A stretch of DNA of 64,000 nt from Candidatus Woesearchaeota archaeon (GTDB lineage: Archaea > Nanobdellota > Nanobdellia > Woesearchaeales > UBA11576), in contig JABJCP010000013.1 in the NCBI GenBank assembly GCA_018668595.1, forward strand, positions 64,116-128,115, written 5' to 3'. This document shows, piece after piece, positions 20,650 through 29,857 of the stretch. Numbering within the stretch: the stretch's first letter is position 1; every line of letters begins with the position of its first letter. The notes beneath the pieces are model-generated. The model had not been told where the DNA came from, did no database searches, and was given only the letters and a program-made list of their open reading frames with translations. The translations under genes were made by a program, and so were the position numbers.

Positions 20650-21846
20650 TTAATATCCTTCAAACTCATAGGATTTATTATCTTTTACCAGAATAGTTTT
20701 ATTAACATTACTTGCCAATCCAACATAACCAATTTTCTTTGCTGCTATGTTATATTTTTTTGCAATTTCAAATGCTGCATCTCCATTATCTCTTAACACA
20801 ATTGCAAAACCCATGCCCATGTTAAGTTTTGTAAACGCAGTTTTGACATCGTAATTTGCTTCTTCTTTTACAAGATTATGAATAGGTTTTGGTTCGAACG
20901 GATCTTCAATTATGAATGAGACATCATTTCCGAATCTATTGAAGTTTCTTAAACCATTACCTGTAATATTTACTCCAAAAACAAAATTTGAATTTGCTGC
21001 AATCTCTGCAATCATTCTTGAATAAATTAAAGTTGGTTCTAGCAAAGCTTGACCAATAGTTTGATTTGTATTAGGGACTAAATCACTCAAAGAATATTTT
21101 CCTCTGTACTGAGACTTCCATTCGCTTCTCGGATCAACATTTGGCGTAAGTAATGTGTGTCTTGCCGCAGTGTAACCATTAGAATGCAAACCAGAACTTT
21201 CAAAACCCACAATTATATCTCCCTTTTTAGGAATCCAAAGAGGCATGTCATCTTTTTTTATGAAACCATTCATGCCACAACCAATATCAAAACCATAATG
21301 TGGAACAGGTCCTGTAATCATTTCATCAAGACTTGCAGTTTCGAGTTTACCAAAATTAATAACTTCTGCATCATCAAGAATATCTGAAACATCACATTTT
21401 TTTAGAGCACCTACTATTCCCTTCATTATCTCACCCATCTTGTGCTCTTCAATTTTTGACTGGCAGGCAAAATATAAATTAATTGTATCTGGACAAACTT
21501 TCCCCATAATCGCATAATCATTAGCATTCATTGCAACCAAATCAAAACCAATAGTTTGATAATTGTTCAACCACTGAGCGAGAAAGAGTTTTGTGCCTGC
21601 ACCATCTTCAGTAGTTACTTTATAAGAATCAGGATGAAATCTGCTCTCTGTTAAAACGCAAAAAGAACCTTTAAAACTTTTATGTCTAGAAGTAAGATAA
21701 TTTGGAATTTGTTTTTGACCATCTGAAATAGCAGTATGTTCACGAGATTCATAATCTTCTGCTCTCGGGTTTAAACTACCAACATCACCTTTTGAAGACA
21801 GAGTTACCTCCTTTTCCCCACTACCTCTTTTCTCTTTTGCCCCCAC
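20650..21846 (-). CDS. purM: AIR synthetase
   Basis: DGAGTK, DLVAMNAND, ETASL, SSGLHSNGY, NITGNG, NMGMG; likely GTG start at 21846 after GGGGTGA. Confidence 0.93.
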   Translation of the reverse strand: MGAKEKRGSGEKEVTLSSKGDVGSLNPRAEDYESREHTAISDGQKQIPNYLTSRHKSFKGSFCVLTESRFHPDSYKVTTEDGAGTKLFLAQWLNNYQTIGFDLVAMNANDYAIMGKVCPDTINLYFACQSKIEEHKMGEIMKGIVGALKKCDVSDILDDAEVINFGKLETASLDEMITGPVPHYGFDIGCGMNGFIKKDDMPLWIPKKGDIIVGFESSGLHSNGYTAARHTLLTPNVDPRSEWKSQYRGKYSLSDLVPNTNQTIGQALLEPTLIYSRMIAEIAANSNFVFGVNITGNGLRNFNRFGNDVSFIIEDPFEPKPIHNLVKEEANYDVKTAFTKLNMGMGFAIVLRDNGDAAFEIAKKYNIAAKKIGYVGLASNVNKTILVKDNKSYEFEGY

Positions 21847-22108
21847 TAAATTCACCCCATTTAGCCAACTCTTTTTTGTTTTTTTCTTGTTTATAATAAA
21901 ATAATAAAATAAAACAATAAAATAAATTAATAAAATAAATTAATAATTAAAACGTCATCTACAGAACTAGAAATACTATAAATAGTTTGTGTAATTAAAA
22001 TAGCGTGACGAATATTATTAGTTATAAAGATGCTTATGAAATGGATTACTAATTGGTGGTGAGGAAGGAAAAGAATATGCAACACCCTAAATCCAAAATA
22101 CATCAACA

Positions 22109-22288
22109 ACATTACTGCCTTGGCAAATAAGTTGAACATATAAGTGTTCAATGTTGTTGAGCGTAGCTCAATATTTTCAGTAACGAACAAAGTGAGTTAC
22201 TGAGTTATTGCAGAAAAACACCTGATTCATGCAAGGTGTTTTTCGATATTTAAAATTCATAGAATTTTATAAACTGCCGCAGTAATGT
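22109..22288 (-). repeat. ~180-bp multi-hairpin dispersed element, copy 1 (inverted relative to copies 2 and 3)
   Basis: Terminal inverted repeat ACATTACTGC/GCAGTAATGT; its reverse complement aligns end to end with 34138-34317 and 51404-51586. Confidence 0.95.
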
Positions 22289-22316
22289 GAAAAAAAATAC
22301 TAGTAGAAACAATAAA

Positions 22317-22985
22317 TTAAATAATTTGAAAATGATCTTTGTCAATAATATTTAAATGATTTAAAATCGCCTTGATATTTTTAAAAACCAACTGTTTATC
22401 CTTAATCTTAATTTGTAAAATCAAACTGTCTAATCGTTCTACCATTCTAGACATATGTAAAACAAAATTAGGAGGTAAAAAAGTAGAGTTTATCTGAGTG
22501 AAACAAACTAACCTATCTTTGTAAGTTCTAAAAATAAACTCATAATCCTCATAATTATCAAATGCTTTTCGCATAGTTCTATTGTCCATAGCTAAATCGT
22601 CAAACTTATTTAATAATAAATCAAAAAATCTACGATCAGATTCGACTTCAAAAGACTTTTCTTCAAAATATGATTTTCTGTTTTTAAATTTAACGAATTT
22701 CGATATATCAATAAACAAAGAAAAAAAATTTCTATTAAAAGTTGGTTTAAGTTTTTTAAGATATCTTTCTTTAAATGTTATTGCTTCTCGAGTGGTTAAA
22801 TAATTAACAAATAAAATAGTTAAAAAAACACCTAATAGTGAAGACATTATCGATATTGCAAAATTAATTAGCTCAAAAAAATAGCTGCTTGCCAACGCTG
22901 CCAAAACCATAATTATTGCTAAAACAATTATTGCCAGAGAATGATTTTCAATTTCTATGTTTTCCAAAACAAAATTTTTTTTCAT
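22317..22985 (-). CDS. Hypothetical membrane protein
   Basis: 222 aa with two N-terminal hydrophobic segments. Confidence 0.7.
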   Translation of the reverse strand: MKKNFVLENIEIENHSLAIIVLAIIMVLAALASSYFFELINFAISIMSSLLGVFLTILFVNYLTTREAITFKERYLKKLKPTFNRNFFSLFIDISKFVKFKNRKSYFEEKSFEVESDRRFFDLLLNKFDDLAMDNRTMRKAFDNYEDYEFIFRTYKDRLVCFTQINSTFLPPNFVLHMSRMVERLDSLILQIKIKDKQLVFKNIKAILNHLNIIDKDHFQII

Positions 22986-23099
22986 GAAATTAAAATAACC
23001 ATTACTTATATTAATTGATTATCCTAACGCTAAAGATACAATCAAATATACTATATTAAATTACACAAGTTATGAAAAAATAAAAATAAATAACACACC

Positions 23100-23168
23100 A
23101 ACTCACTGTTGTTCGTTAGCTTAATCATCAAGTAAAGCTTGACAGAATTGAAATTGAAAAGTTTGAAA
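23100..23168 (+). repeat. Decayed partial copy (3' half) of the 180-bp element
   Basis: AACTCACTGTTGTTCGTTA matches copy-1 AACTCACTTTGTTCGTTA; TCATCAAGTAAAGCTTGA matches copy-3 TCATCAAAGCAAAGCTTTGA. Confidence 0.7.
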
Positions 23169-23177
23169 CTATAAAAA

Positions 23178-23558
23178 TCAATAATTTTTTATTTCTCGAA
23201 TTAACTTGTTTATTTTATCTATTTTTTTAGTATATAACTCACTTCTTGATTTAATAAATATTTCTAATATTCCCCTCGTGAGGAAAGCTGCGATAATACC
23301 TGGCAAAAAAAGCACTAATAACAAAATTATCACAGTCCAAATATTCTGTAATTCTACTGCATGCAATACCCAACTTCTAATCAAATCATTAATTGAATTT
23401 GCAACGAAACCAGATGTTACTAAAAATGTTGCAATTCCTGCAATAAATGCAAATAAAAACTTATGAATATCTTTATCTTTTTCTAATTCCATTTCAAATT
23501 TTTTTATTTTTAAATCGATAATTTTTTCTGAATAAATTGCTTTTTTATTATCTTTCAT
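23178..23558 (-). CDS. Hypothetical membrane protein (2 TM)
   Basis: 126 aa; ATGA overlap with the upstream phosphoesterase. Confidence 0.7.
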   Translation of the reverse strand: MKDNKKAIYSEKIIDLKIKKFEMELEKDKDIHKFLFAFIAGIATFLVTSGFVANSINDLIRSWVLHAVELQNIWTVIILLLVLFLPGIIAAFLTRGILEIFIKSRSELYTKKIDKINKLIREIKNY

Positions 23559-24139
23559 CTTATCTTCCTCATTAATACATCAATATTTATAGGCCTATAC
23601 TTTGTTAACTCGCAACTAACATTAATTAATTTAGATCTTTTGTTAATTAAAGGATATCGTTTATTGTTATTGTGTTTATGTCCATGTATTACCCACCCCT
23701 TCCAATATTTTGCTTGTTGTGGCGAATGTACAAGTAAAAAATTAAATCCTTTGTATTTCAGCACTTTTTTCTTATGCATTTTTATTCTTCGAGATCTATC
23801 ATGATTTCCTTTAATGAATATCTTTCTTCCATTAAGTTTTCTATACCAATAATCCGTACTTCTACTACTTCGACCATAAGCTAAATCTCCTAAAAAATAA
23901 ACAACATCATTTTTTCTTACTGTTCTATTCCAATTACTAACTAATCTATTATTCATTTGTTGGACAGAACGAAAAGGTCTATGACAATATTTAATTATAT
24001 TTTTGTGATCTATATGTAAATCTGCTGCTAAAAATATTTTTGGTTTATGTACTTTTATCTGTTTAGATTTAAATTTAGGTGTAGGTCTTGTTTTTATTTG
24101 TATTCCTATTACTTGTTTAATCCATTCAATTATTTTCAT
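23555..24139 (-). CDS. Calcineurin-like metallophosphoesterase
   Basis: ADLHIDH, LGD, GNHD, LVH, HGHKH, INVSCE. Confidence 0.92.
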   Translation of the reverse strand: MKIIEWIKQVIGIQIKTRPTPKFKSKQIKVHKPKIFLAADLHIDHKNIIKYCHRPFRSVQQMNNRLVSNWNRTVRKNDVVYFLGDLAYGRSSRSTDYWYRKLNGRKIFIKGNHDRSRRIKMHKKKVLKYKGFNFLLVHSPQQAKYWKGWVIHGHKHNNNKRYPLINKRSKLINVSCELTKYRPINIDVLMRKIR

Positions 24140-24666
24140 TCTTCTATTGCAAAAAATTCTTTGTTCTTAAATCCAAACAATAAGGCAATAATATTTGAAG
24201 GAAATTGTTGAACTTGCATATTATACCAACTTACTCTCTTATTGTACAATTTTCTTTCACGCAATAACTCTTTTTCTACATATTCTATACTTTTTTGTAT
24301 TTTAAGAAAACTTCTATCTGCTTTTAATTTAGGATATTGTTCTTGAACTATTAATAACTTAGATAAGGCAGACTCCAGCATATTTGATGTTTTAATTTTT
24401 GCATCAAGGTCTTTAGCAGCACCCCACTGAGATCTTAATTTAGTTACTTCTTCAAATGTTCCTTTTTCATGTTTTGAATATCCTTTTACAACTTCTGCAA
24501 GTCCAGGAATTAAATCAAATTTCTTTTTTAGATGTGCTTGTATGTGGCTTAATTGTCTCTCAACATCTAATTTTAATTTTATGAATGCGTTGTATGTTTT
24601 GTATGTGTAACTAAACAATCCAATAGCTACAACTCCTATTCCTATTAAAATTATATAACTCATCAT
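24136..24666 (-). CDS. lemA: LemA family protein
   Basis: N-terminal TM; YNAF, KKFDLIPGL..VVKGYSKHEKGTF, EQYPKLKA, YN..V..YN, QFPSNIIA. Confidence 0.92.
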   Translation of the reverse strand: MMSYIILIGIGVVAIGLFSYTYKTYNAFIKLKLDVERQLSHIQAHLKKKFDLIPGLAEVVKGYSKHEKGTFEEVTKLRSQWGAAKDLDAKIKTSNMLESALSKLLIVQEQYPKLKADRSFLKIQKSIEYVEKELLRERKLYNKRVSWYNMQVQQFPSNIIALLFGFKNKEFFAIEE

Positions 24667-24678
24667 TTTTTATGCCTC

Positions 24679-24864
24679 CTAAAATTTAAGAGATTTTTTG
24701 TAATACTCTTCATTTTTCTTTAGATTTTTTGGTTTGATTTCTACTTCAAAATATTTAACCATTCGCTTGATTGCTTCTTGTTTGGTTTTTAGATTATTCA
24801 CAAGTTTATAGACTTCAACAATCTTATCTTCCTCTTTTGATAAATCAATTAGTATTTTTACCAT
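24679..24864 (-). CDS. Small ribbon-helix-helix-like (DUF2683-like) DNA-binding protein
   Basis: MVKILIDLSKEEDKIVEVYKLVNNLKTKQEAI: beta-strand plus helix-helix pattern. Confidence 0.6.
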   Translation of the reverse strand: MVKILIDLSKEEDKIVEVYKLVNNLKTKQEAIKRMVKYFEVEIKPKNLKKNEEYYKKSLKF

Positions 24865-24868
24865 CTTA

Positions 24869-24909
24869 TAACACCTTGTTACATAGTATTACACCAAGTT
24901 ATATATAAA
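24869..24909 (-). promoter_or_regulatory. Promoter with 10-bp-phased T(A/T)ACA repeats between TATA box and start codon (putative autoregulatory operator)
   Basis: + strand TAACACC (24869), TTACATA (24879), TTACACC (24889); minus-strand TTTATATA at 24909-24902. Confidence 0.5.
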
Positions 24910-24958
24910 GTTTTGTATTATATAGACTATTTAATCAAAAAAAATTCAATAGAACCTC

Positions 24959-26569
24959 TCAGAAATCATTTAAACTTTTCTGACCTTTTCGTTTACGCTC
25001 AGGCACTATTATTTTGTCAATGTCTTCTCCAACTTGCTTTTTTATATTAATTGCTACTTTTCTACCAATGAGCTGTGCTAATGTTATTGGTGATGCGCGC
25101 TTAATGTCACCAATATCTTTAATTTTATTTGCAAATAAAATTCTTGCTCTAACTCGACCAATGTTTTTGAGTTTTAGAAGTGCAAGAAGTTCTTCTTTCA
25201 CACCATATTTTAGGCGAAGACGGATTTTAATAATTTCAGTTACAAGGCTATGGAAGCTTAATAATTTTGCAAGCTCTTCTGCACAATACAAAAGCCAATC
25301 GGCACGATCAATTTTCATTCTTGTTTCACCAGGTCGAGTGTTGTAATTTTCTAAGATCACTTCTTCATCTATTTCAGAAATCCAATCCTTCAAAAACAAA
25401 GCAGTTTTTATGGAATTAAGAAATTCATCAAAATCAGACTCAAAATAACTAGGTTCAATTTCAAGCATTTCAGAATCATGCTTTACCCACTGCTCTTGAA
25501 TAATATCATATTCTTTAGCTCTAACTCTTAATAAAGGTCTCATTTCAATAGTATGAGAAACCATTTGAAGAAGACCAAAACTCGTTACGAGTTTATAACT
25601 TGCACCACGCTTAAGACAAGTAATAATATGATGAGCAGTAATTGGATCAATGTATAACTGAGCAATTCTTCGGCCTAAAAGAGTCGCATTAATCTTTTCA
25701 TCGCCTAAATCTTCCGCACTAACAAAATCCTGGTTAGTATTGTATTGAATAAATTCATACTCATCAAGAAGATTAAGAATTTTATCCAGTATATTTTCTA
25801 ATTTAAATAAATCTTGATACTGATGTGCCCAAAAAGTTTTTCCAAAAAATTCCAATAATTGTTTTTTATTACTTACAAACCCTGTAGCAATTAATGAAAG
25901 AACATAAGATCTAAGAACTGGTTCAACTGCAAGCTTTGATAAAACTTCTTCAGGTTCTCCCTTAACATAATTTTCAAAAATCTCTTCTTTATTTTCTTCG
26001 CTTGATGCTATTGCTATTGCTTCACCAGTTGTTTCGAATTTTGGTCTTCCTGCTCTTCCTGCCATTTGCAAATATTCCAAAACAGGAATCCAAGACATTC
26101 CACCCCATCCTTGACCGCTAAAACGTTTGAGATCTTTGATGATGACGCGATATGCAGGAAGGTCAATTCCTAGCGCAAGAGTTGGCGTGCTGCAAATACA
26201 TTTTATCTTACCTTCTCTAAAATTATCTTCAATAATTTCACGTTGTTTATGCATAAGACCTGCATGATGAAAAGCAAGTCCTTTTTTTAAACAATTTGCC
26301 AACCTCTTGCACTGCTTGGTTGGTTTTGGAATTGCAGCTAAGATTTTTTCTGAAAGTTCTTCGAAGAAAAGTGTTTCTTGTTTGTTTAATTTTACTTTTT
26401 TAGAAATATCCTCTGCAGTTTTTTCAGCACCACGCTTAGTTCCAACAAAAGCAATAACTTGCTTATTAATTTTAAAAGAATCCAATGCTAGATTGATTGT
26501 TGCATATTTTGAAGGTTGCTCTATTTTAATTATACGCTCTTGTTGTTTAACCTCTATTTCTGTTGACAT
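24959..26569 (-). CDS. hel308: Hel308/Ski2-like helicase lacking the N-terminal RecA1 (Walker A/DExH) domain
   Basis: AFHHAGL, STPTLALGIDLPAYRVII, QMAGRAGRP, ATLLGRRIAQLYIDP, RLKYGVKEELL, HhH motif IGRVRARIL; no GKT or DExH motif. Confidence 0.85.
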   Translation of the reverse strand: MSTEIEVKQQERIIKIEQPSKYATINLALDSFKINKQVIAFVGTKRGAEKTAEDISKKVKLNKQETLFFEELSEKILAAIPKPTKQCKRLANCLKKGLAFHHAGLMHKQREIIEDNFREGKIKCICSTPTLALGIDLPAYRVIIKDLKRFSGQGWGGMSWIPVLEYLQMAGRAGRPKFETTGEAIAIASSEENKEEIFENYVKGEPEEVLSKLAVEPVLRSYVLSLIATGFVSNKKQLLEFFGKTFWAHQYQDLFKLENILDKILNLLDEYEFIQYNTNQDFVSAEDLGDEKINATLLGRRIAQLYIDPITAHHIITCLKRGASYKLVTSFGLLQMVSHTIEMRPLLRVRAKEYDIIQEQWVKHDSEMLEIEPSYFESDFDEFLNSIKTALFLKDWISEIDEEVILENYNTRPGETRMKIDRADWLLYCAEELAKLLSFHSLVTEIIKIRLRLKYGVKEELLALLKLKNIGRVRARILFANKIKDIGDIKRASPITLAQLIGRKVAINIKKQVGEDIDKIIVPERKRKGQKSLNDF

Positions 26570-26634
26570 TTTTTGAATAACAATTACAAAAAGTTAAGAT
26601 ATATTTAAATATTAACAAATATTGCTTAAAAGAT

Positions 26635-27111
26635 ATGAGACATTCTCTAGAAGTTGGATTTAGTTTTGGATTGACATCTGCAGTTATTACAACACTTGGA
26701 CTCATGATTGGACTGGGTGCTGGAACAAATTCAAAGCTCGTTGTTATTGGAGGAATTATAACAATAGCAATAGCAGATGCTTGCTCAGATGCACTAGGCA
26801 TTCATGTTTCAGAAGAATCAGAAAACATTCACTCTCAGTTAGAAATATGGGAAGCTACAATTGCAACATTTTTATCTAAATTTTTATTTGCACTTACATT
26901 CTTAGTTCCAGTATTGCTCTTAGATTTATTTGCTGCAACAATAGTAAGTATAATTTATGGACTTATACTTCTTGGAGTATTTAGTTATTTTCTTGCAAAA
27001 AAACAAAAACAATCTGTATTGAATGTTGTAGGAGAACACTTAATCACCGCAATACTAGTTATAATCGTAACATACTATGTTGGATTAGGAGTTTCAATTA
27101 TGTTTGGATAA
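26635..27111 (+). CDS. VIT1/CCC1-like membrane transporter
   Basis: FGLTSAVITTLGLMIG, IAIADACSDALGIHVSEESE; about 5 TM segments. Confidence 0.85.
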   Translation: MRHSLEVGFSFGLTSAVITTLGLMIGLGAGTNSKLVVIGGIITIAIADACSDALGIHVSEESENIHSQLEIWEATIATFLSKFLFALTFLVPVLLLDLFAATIVSIIYGLILLGVFSYFLAKKQKQSVLNVVGEHLITAILVIIVTYYVGLGVSIMFG

Positions 27112-27315
27112 ACTTGAAAATAATAACGTATTAAATTAGATTACTTTCTAAATGAACAAATTTTCACCGAAACGCTTATATAGTTAATTTATTTATATTT
27201 ATAAATAAATAGTTATGTTAATATATTTTTAATAACACATCGTTAATAAAGAATTGTACTTTTATACTTTTTTAACAATTGAATAATTATTAAATAAAAA
27301 AAGAGGTGTATCAAT

Positions 27316-27717
27316 ATGCTTGAAGGTAAAGATTTTGCAGCACTGTTTGTTGGGCTCGCACTGTTCGCACTTGGTTTATTGCCAATTCTATACAAATACG
27401 CAGGGGTTGGACCTGAATGGTTTTCAATGTCGCTACCTGCAAACATATTAAGTTATATTATTGCATTAGGTGCACTATTTTTAGTTTATGCATCATTTAT
27501 TGAAATTACAAACAGCAACAGCATGGGATTTATTTCAATCATTGTTGCAATAGTTGTGTTAAGCATTGGACTCCTTCCAATCCTATCAAGTTTTGGAATT
27601 GGACCTGCGTTTTTTAGCTTAAGTTTTTTAGGCGGACTTGGCGAACTATTATTCCACATTGTGTTCCTTGTCGAAGGTGCATTTTTAGCAATGTCTGGAT
27701 TTTTAATGGAAATGTAA
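27316..27717 (+). CDS. Hypothetical membrane protein with internal repeat
   Basis: 4 TM segments; repeated GLLPIL...G.GP..FS; SD GAGGTG. Confidence 0.8.
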   Translation: MLEGKDFAALFVGLALFALGLLPILYKYAGVGPEWFSMSLPANILSYIIALGALFLVYASFIEITNSNSMGFISIIVAIVVLSIGLLPILSSFGIGPAFFSLSFLGGLGELLFHIVFLVEGAFLAMSGFLMEM

Positions 27718-27776
27718 TGTTTAAAATTAAAACTTAAAATTTTTTAATTTATTTTTCTTTGAGGTGAAAAAAATAA

Positions 27777-28724
27777 ATGATCAGTCTTGATCCATTACGA
27801 AAACATAATTGCCGCGTGATTCTTACAGGCGGACTAGCAATAGAAATGCTTAGACTTATTGTTGAATTCTATGAAGCATATTCTGATTTAATGAAAATTT
27901 CTAAAAAAACAGAATCTGACAGTAAAGATATTTCTAAGATAATGAAAAATCTTGGAAAAATGAAAATTGAAGAAAAAAGAAAATATTTAATGACAAACCA
28001 AAAGAAAAAATTTCTTAGTACTGAAGAAGAATTTATGCATGCATTCGGATATATGAAAAAATCGATAAGAGATTGGAAACAAATCCTACTAGATGATGAT
28101 ACATTAATATTTAGAGAAACAATTGCACTAGCTAATATACAAAGAATAATTAAAAAATTAGTAATTCCTGATGAACAAAAAAATGAATTGATTGAACGCA
28201 TAGGTGATCTTATTTATGAAATTGCAGAAACACAGCATCATTTTTGGGTTTCATCAAAAGCAGACACTAGAGGATTTGTAAAACTAGACGAACTATCACT
28301 TAAAGGTCCACGAGTTCATAGAAGGCATATGAAAAGAAATGCGATAGAAGTAAGAACAATTATTAATCAAATTCTTAGATTACAAGTAGAAGTTAAACAA
28401 GTAAAAGATCATATTGAATTAAAAGATAAATGTGCTGAATTATACTTTTTATATCATCACGAATTTCAAGATCTAAAACACATTATGCATTCTGCCCATG
28501 TGATTTTACACTCCGCAGAAAAGCTATTCAAAAAGATAATGGCAGAGGCGCAAAGTCTAGGTTTTTTAAATTTGCAAGAACAAGTAAAAGAAATAAAAGA
28601 AGAATTTGAAGCAATGTTAAAAGAAATACAAAAAGTTTCTTTACGAGAATATCTGGATTTGAAGAAAATCGCAGATCATGCGAAAATGTATTCAGAACAA
28701 GTAATAAGAAAATCTAATAGTTAA
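27777..28724 (+). CDS. Hypothetical coiled-coil protein
   Basis: 315 aa, helical; SD GAGGTGA. Confidence 0.75.
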   Translation: MISLDPLRKHNCRVILTGGLAIEMLRLIVEFYEAYSDLMKISKKTESDSKDISKIMKNLGKMKIEEKRKYLMTNQKKKFLSTEEEFMHAFGYMKKSIRDWKQILLDDDTLIFRETIALANIQRIIKKLVIPDEQKNELIERIGDLIYEIAETQHHFWVSSKADTRGFVKLDELSLKGPRVHRRHMKRNAIEVRTIINQILRLQVEVKQVKDHIELKDKCAELYFLYHHEFQDLKHIMHSAHVILHSAEKLFKKIMAEAQSLGFLNLQEQVKEIKEEFEAMLKEIQKVSLREYLDLKKIADHAKMYSEQVIRKSNS

Positions 28725-28761
28725 AGTTAAATAAATTGTAAATTAATTATACTGTGAAAAA

Positions 28762-29853
28762 ATGAAACAAAACTATGCTAAATTATTCAAACCTGCAATT
28801 TATGGAGGATTAGTATTTGCAATACTCTCGTCGATTCCAGGATTAAGTTATGTTAATGGACTTTTATTATTCTGGTTAATTATAGGTTGTTTTTTTTCAG
28901 TACATTGCTATCACAAAAAACATGGAGAACATATAACTTATGGAGACTCTATTCATTTAGGAATTTATACAGGAATTTTAGGGGTGCTGTTTACAGTAAT
29001 AATATGGAGTTTACTTGATTTTATTGGTTGGAACTGGACTCCTGTTATGAGACTTTATGGTATTTCCATTTATTCAAGCACGACTATAATTGGAGGAATG
29101 CTAAGCATAGGAGGAATATTTGCAGCAGTTCTTGGAATATTTTATTCTCTTCTTGCAAACTTTTTGCACAGGATTAGTCATGATGTTGATGTGTGGGCTG
29201 CATTTATCTCGTCATTAATAGTTTCTGCAGGAATAATTATATTTACATTAATTGCAAGCTTAGTTTTTAGAATTGTAGGAACTACACATACTGAAGAATT
29301 ATTTCGAACAGCAGTTATAGTCATCTTTTTTGGATTAATGATATTTGGAGGATATATATTTGTTTCATTTTACGATAGATATTCGCAAGCATATTTACAA
29401 AACCAAAAGGAAGGAATAATATTTTCTTTACTTATTTCATTTATTGTTGTTTTTGTTTGGTCCTTATTTACAATCACAGGAAAAATAGGCTGGCACCTAG
29501 TAGGTGTTGAAGATATTGGCGCTATGCTAGTTTTAATTATTGTAATCTCAATTATTTTTTCAATACCTGTTGTGGGAGGATGTTTATATGGAATCTCCAA
29601 ATTAAAACCTAAACATCAATCTAAACAACGAGTTCATGTTATGCTTGAAAATAAAGTTATACAAAAGAAAAAACTAATCAAAAAGAAAACAATTAAGAAG
29701 AATGCTAAAAAGAAAGTAGTTAAGAAAAAGGCTGTAAAGAAAAAAGTTGTTAAAAAGCACAGTATTAAAAAAAATAAAAAGATAATTAAGAAAAATAAAA
29801 AAATTACTAATAAAAAAGTTATTAAAAAGAAGATTACTAAAAAAAAGAGGTGA
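28762..29853 (+). CDS. Multi-TM membrane protein with Lys-rich (histone-H1-like) C-terminal tail
   Basis: About 8 TM segments followed by KKKxx pentapeptide repeats. Confidence 0.8.
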   Translation: MKQNYAKLFKPAIYGGLVFAILSSIPGLSYVNGLLLFWLIIGCFFSVHCYHKKHGEHITYGDSIHLGIYTGILGVLFTVIIWSLLDFIGWNWTPVMRLYGISIYSSTTIIGGMLSIGGIFAAVLGIFYSLLANFLHRISHDVDVWAAFISSLIVSAGIIIFTLIASLVFRIVGTTHTEELFRTAVIVIFFGLMIFGGYIFVSFYDRYSQAYLQNQKEGIIFSLLISFIVVFVWSLFTITGKIGWHLVGVEDIGAMLVLIIVISIIFSIPVVGGCLYGISKLKPKHQSKQRVHVMLENKVIQKKKLIKKKTIKKNAKKKVVKKKAVKKKVVKKHSIKKNKKIIKKNKKITNKKVIKKKITKKKR

Positions 29854-29857
29854 ACAA

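Noticed and set aside
21927-22190. 87-aa minus-strand ORF
   Set aside because: It starts inside the hairpin element and runs through low-complexity sequence; likely spurious.
22109-22288. Purine/ZTP/PRPP riboswitch upstream of purM
   Set aside because: The same element occurs after pyk and inside an ABC operon in the opposite orientation, and it has no recognisable riboswitch consensus.
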